Source: an uncultured Fibrobacterales bacterium (GTDB taxonomy: Bacteria; Fibrobacterota; Fibrobacteria; Fibrobacterales; CAWVXU01). Taken from it: a DNA stretch of 10,760 bases. The notes under the pieces were generated by a model. It saw only the letters and a list, made by a program, of their open reading frames with translations, was not told the origin of the DNA and searched no databases. Shown piece by piece: positions 7,809 to 10,760 of this stretch (position 1 is its first letter; each line of letters starts with the position of its first letter). Position numbers and translations under genes: made by a program. The DNA lies in the NCBI GenBank assembly GCA_963934255.1, contig CAWVXU010000087.1, forward strand, positions 1 to 10,760, given 5' to 3'.

Positions 7809-7836
7809 CTTAAAATTAATTAATATGATTTAAAAA

Positions 7837-8043
7837 TTATTTGCTTAAGTTTTTCTCAGCTTCAATCACTTTTGGATTGCTACGAGCATTTTTGACCATA
7901 TCTTTAATGTTGCTTTCAGTCATCTTTTTAAGCTTTGCGGCCATTTTGTCGCCGAGCATTTCGCCAAGAGATGAAGACGAAGGAGCATCGTTATTTGTTT
8001 TCGGACGATTGTTTGGTTTTCTATGTTTCTGTTGTGCGGCCAT
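7837..8043 (-). CDS. Small basic hypothetical protein (68 aa, MAAQQKHRKP...EKNLSK)
   Basis: Strong SD AAGGAG 7 nt before ATG 8043, hydrophilic protein-like composition, a downstream minus-strand terminator, and no overlap with the corrected start of the divergent gene. Confidence 0.75.
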   Translation of the reverse strand: MAAQQKHRKPNNRPKTNNDAPSSSSLGEMLGDKMAAKLKKMTESNIKDMVKNARSNPKVIEAEKNLSK

Positions 8044-8104
8044 GATGGTCTCCTTCATTATTTTGGCGAAATTTAGTAAAACCATTGGAACTCGGGAATT
8101 AAAA

Positions 8105-8893
8105 ATGTTTGAAATTGAACTCAAGTCTGGTCAAAAGCTCAAATTCCCTATCAAATACTCAAAAAAACGCAGGTCAATCGCCATTAAAGTGGATGCCAAA
8201 GGGGCCATATCACTTTATGCTCCGACTCGGGTCTCCCTTAAATACTTAGAGGATTTCGTCAATACTCGACTTGAATGGATAGAAAAACACCATTTAAAAA
8301 ACAAATCTACTCACCAACCTAGCCCTCTTGAAGCATTTGAAAAAAGAGCAGGTCATCTTTACTTTAAAGGCCATCAAAGGACATTATTATTTGAAATCAT
8401 CGCCAAAGATAATGAGCGAATGACTTTATTTGACAAAGGTCAACGGATCCGCTTTCAAGTCAATGACAATCACGCCACTGAAGAAAATAAAGAAAATGAA
8501 GAAAAACAACTCATCATCATGAGTAAATGTCCAGTGACGACTCAAGCAATCTATACAGCCTACAAAAAGTGGATGAAATCCGAAGCACAACTAGACTTTG
8601 ACAGTCGATTAAAATACTGGTCCGAACAAATGAACCTAGACTATCAGAGTCTAGAGATTAAAGCTTTTACAAGACGTTGGGGGGATTGTAGCTCCAAACA
8701 AGTTATCCGAATGAATTGGAAAAACATGGCCTGTTCTAAGTGGGTTCGAGATAGCCTGTGTATTCATGAGCTGGCTCATTTGCAAGAGATGAATCATTCT
8801 GCTAAATTTTATCAATTGGTCCGAAGTCATGACAAACATGAGCGTGAGGCGCATCATTGGTTGAAGCGCCATGCATTTATATTGGAGTATTAG
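8105..8893 (+). CDS. YgjP/DUF45 (SprT-like, often annotated M48) HExxH metal-dependent hydrolase
   Basis: SKKRRSIAIKV, LYAP, WIEK, RRWGDCSS, IRMNW and IHELAHLQEMNHSAKFYQLV. Start reassigned from TTG 7841 to ATG 8105 (262 aa), because the extension is the antisense of the small gene. Confidence 0.88.
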   Translation: MFEIELKSGQKLKFPIKYSKKRRSIAIKVDAKGAISLYAPTRVSLKYLEDFVNTRLEWIEKHHLKNKSTHQPSPLEAFEKRAGHLYFKGHQRTLLFEIIAKDNERMTLFDKGQRIRFQVNDNHATEENKENEEKQLIIMSKCPVTTQAIYTAYKKWMKSEAQLDFDSRLKYWSEQMNLDYQSLEIKAFTRRWGDCSSKQVIRMNWKNMACSKWVRDSLCIHELAHLQEMNHSAKFYQLVRSHDKHEREAHHWLKRHAFILEY

Positions 8894-8903
8894 AGTATTA
8901 AAG

Positions 8904-9713
8904 TTACTTCACATAAGTAAAGCAATGTTCCTTACCGCGAGCGTCCCACTCTCTCCATGACAAAACAACACCCAAAGAGTCTATCGCTTCCTCAATGATC
9001 AATTTGCCATCTTGACGGCCCATACGGACACCATCTTGATCAGAATATTCATAAATAATTTCCTCTTGCATCCCATCTTTGGTTTCAATGTACTCCTTAG
9101 TGAGCTCGCCATATTGATAATCATAATGGATAGTTTCACCAAGTAAAAGGTCTTTATGACGTATTAAGGCCCCGTTACTTTCGTATTTAAATCTCTCATG
9201 GATGAGAGGTTTGGCTGGATCACTCAATCTCTTGCGTTCAATCAGCTTAAAATCAGGAGCACCAAAGACTCTACTCTCACGCCATATTATCGAATCATTT
9301 CTATAAGCTTTAAGGTCGCTGGTTTCCACATAGTGGACAGAGTCAATATCGTACTCGGCGCCCCAATAGAAGTCTTTGTGATCTGCAACTCGGGCTTGAA
9401 TTCCGATGATTTTGTTGAAGTCATCGAAGCTGAGTTTGGCCATGGTGTCTTGTTTGGCATTAAGGTAGATCTTCTCAAGAAGTTGAGTGGGAGTTTCATT
9501 CGAGTCGCATTTCCATAAGGCGATGATTTGATTGTATTGGATGGAGGATTCGATGGAAGACCAGACTGAGTCACCTGGAGATAAGTCTTTGGCAGCTTTC
9601 TCTTGATGGGTCAGGGTGATTTTAGAATCATCCTGTGATGAATCATCTTGGTCAGAACAAGCATTGAGTCCCAGTAATAGTGCGAAGAATAATCCGAATA
9701 AAATTTGCTGCAT
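8904..9713 (-). CDS. Hypothetical lipoprotein (269 aa) with YD/MORN-like beta-hairpin C-terminal region
   Basis: SD AGGTGG before ATG 9713. Signal peptide MQQILFGLFFALLLGLNA-C (lipobox LNAC) followed by acidic SDQDDSSQDDS. C-terminal units FKYESNG, YDYQYG, YEYSDQDG and EWDARG. Confidence 0.75.
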   Translation of the reverse strand: MQQILFGLFFALLLGLNACSDQDDSSQDDSKITLTHQEKAAKDLSPGDSVWSSIESSIQYNQIIALWKCDSNETPTQLLEKIYLNAKQDTMAKLSFDDFNKIIGIQARVADHKDFYWGAEYDIDSVHYVETSDLKAYRNDSIIWRESRVFGAPDFKLIERKRLSDPAKPLIHERFKYESNGALIRHKDLLLGETIHYDYQYGELTKEYIETKDGMQEEIIYEYSDQDGVRMGRQDGKLIIEEAIDSLGVVLSWREWDARGKEHCFTYVK

Positions 9714-9740
9714 GAGAATCCACCTTTGGATTAAAAATAA

Positions 9741-9768
9741 TAAAAGCCACTCCGGTGAGTGGCTTTTA
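9741..9768 (-). terminator. Rho-independent terminator (potentially bidirectional) after the modular CBM protein
   Basis: Perfect 12-bp inverted repeat TAAAAGCCACTC-CGGT-GAGTGGCTTTTA, followed on the minus strand by TTATTTTT, 24 nt after the stop at 9793. Confidence 0.88.
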
Positions 9769-9792
9769 AAGTTTATGGATGATTGACTTGCT

Positions 9793-10758
9793 TTAGAAAC
9801 AAGATCCTCTAGAACTCCAAGCCCCCCAAGCGTTACCGGCATAAGATGGACCAAATTGACAATAAGCCCCGCCATTACATTTCCATGCAGTCGTTCCGTC
9901 ATCTGACATTTTATCACTTGGGCAAGCATAAGATGAGCCATTCCAAGCACAAATCCCAGCTGTATAAGCCGTACAAGTATTGACTGCTGCACAAGATTCT
10001 TCTTCAATCCAAATTGAACCATTACTACCTGGCGTTACCCCGTCACAATTTTGATATTGATTACACTGCCATAATTTATCATTGTGTTTGACATGAGTCC
10101 CTACAGCATAAGAAGCTTCTGAGCTATAATCACCAGAACCATCACAATCAGTAACTGGGGCTTTCATGATGGCAGTATAAGTGATATCACCTATTATTGT
10201 CTCATCAGTAGATATTGAGGTATTGATGGGGTCATGAACCCATCCATACATTGTATAGGCACCCAAATTACTCACGCTGATAGATGTATTATCTTTTGCG
10301 TCCACAGTCTTACTAGCCATCGGAGTAGCTGAACCCGCAGGGTCAACAATCACATTGACAGTATATTGTAATTTAGTCACGTAGGCTTTAATCGTAAGAT
10401 CACTCGTGACGGTCACAGCAGTAGATGTTCCATAATTGGCATGAACTCCATCAATCTTCCATTGTTTTGAAGTGTGAGTAGCCCAATCACCACCACAGAT
10501 AAGTTGTACTGAGAATGTTGATCCTGAGGCAAGTCCACTAGTAGTTGATTGATCAACATAACAATCCACTCCCGCCGGCACTGATGCATCGACAGTGACC
10601 GTATAAGTAGCAGCCTCACTTGAGACTTCGACGCTACTTGAGCTTACGGCCAGACTAGAGACAGCCGCACTACTTGAGCTCACCGCCACACTAGATGAAA
10701 TCGGCGCTACAGCTGTTGTAGAACAAACATTTAAGTATGCTGCATTGACAGTTTTAAA
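9793..10758 (-). CDS. C-terminal part of a modular, probably secreted protein: Ser-rich linker, two InlB-B-repeat-like beta domains and two CBM5/12-like chitin-binding modules; 5'-truncated
   Basis: The frame is open to the window edge (FKTVNAAYLNVCSTTAVAPISSSVAVSSSS...). Repeats: YTVTV...W...VTVTSDLTIKAYV and YTVNV...YTMYGW...IIGDITYTAIM. CBM-like YSSEASYAVGTHVKHNDKLWQC...PGSNGSIW, then a terminal Trp/Cys-rich module. Confidence 0.75.
   Translation of the reverse strand, partial: FKTVNAAYLNVCSTTAVAPISSSVAVSSSSAAVSSLAVSSSSVEVSSEAATYTVTVDASVPAGVDCYVDQSTTSGLASGSTFSVQLICGGDWATHTSKQWKIDGVHANYGTSTAVTVTSDLTIKAYVTKLQYTVNVIVDPAGSATPMASKTVDAKDNTSISVSNLGAYTMYGWVHDPINTSISTDETIIGDITYTAIMKAPVTDCDGSGDYSSEASYAVGTHVKHNDKLWQCNQYQNCDGVTPGSNGSIWIEEESCAAVNTCTAYTAGICAWNGSSYACPSDKMSDDGTTAWKCNGGAYCQFGPSYAGNAWGAWSSRGSCF
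10614..10701 (-). repeat. Ser-rich low-complexity linker with a 36-bp (12-aa) internal repeat
   Basis: AVSSSSAAVSSL / AVSSSSVEVSSE. The DNA string CTACTTGAGCT occurs at 10634-10644 and 10670-10680. Confidence 0.75.
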
Positions 10759-10760
10759 CC

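Noticed and set aside
7841..8104. Hydrophobic 88-aa N-terminal extension making the YgjP-like protein look membrane-anchored
   Set aside because: TTG start without a well-placed SD. It is the antisense of the Lys-rich small gene, and the family match begins only at ATG 8105.
8904..9300. RHS/YD polymorphic toxin
   Set aside because: Only a few degenerate units, with no RHS core DPxG motif, toxin tip or immunity gene.
9714..10022. 103-aa N-terminal extension of the 8904..10022 ORF
   Set aside because: It overlaps the CBM gene in another frame and crosses a terminator. The SD and lipoprotein signal mark ATG 9713 as the start.
630..10619. Short alternative ORFs (630-845, 2364-2612, 3399-3602, 4555-4785, 5220-5453, 5737-5934, 6267-6467, 8651-8872, 9198-9518, 9287-9574, 10413-10619)
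   Set aside because: All lie within or antisense to well-supported genes and show no recognisable motifs.
1..10760. CRISPR array, tRNA/rRNA, IS/integrase or defence system
   Set aside because: No regularly spaced repeats, cloverleaf or transposase/recombinase motifs seen. Intergenic gaps are all short. The YgjP-like gene has no type I restriction genes beside it.

Overview
Gene-dense bacterial window. A Fibrobacterota-like host is inferred from a poly-Ser linker, an acidic lipoprotein N-terminus and chitin-binding-type modules. In order it contains: (1) a 5'-truncated YfbK-like vWA/DUF3520 protein and its terminator; (2) a minus-strand pair, a DTW-domain tRNA acp3U transferase (TapT-like) and a His-rich ZIP-like metal transporter; (3) a plus-strand pair, a single-chain fusion of an M15 (VanY/LdcB-type) carboxypeptidase with an MpaA-type M14 murein-tripeptide amidase, overlapping a fused SpmA-SpmB membrane protein; (4) a minus-strand CMD/AhpD-like peroxidase and ArsS-family radical SAM pair with no arsM beside it; (5) a hidden 68-aa gene with its own RBS and terminator; (6) a YgjP/DUF45 HExxH protein; (7) a hypothetical lipoprotein; (8) the 3' end of a modular, probably secreted protein ending in two chitin-binding-like modules. 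The best candidate for an undescribed system is the M15-MpaA fusion plus SpmAB, which looks like a two-gene peptidoglycan stem-peptide uptake and catabolism module. I saw no rRNA, tRNA, CRISPR array or mobile element. All family calls come from motif recognition by eye, not database searches.
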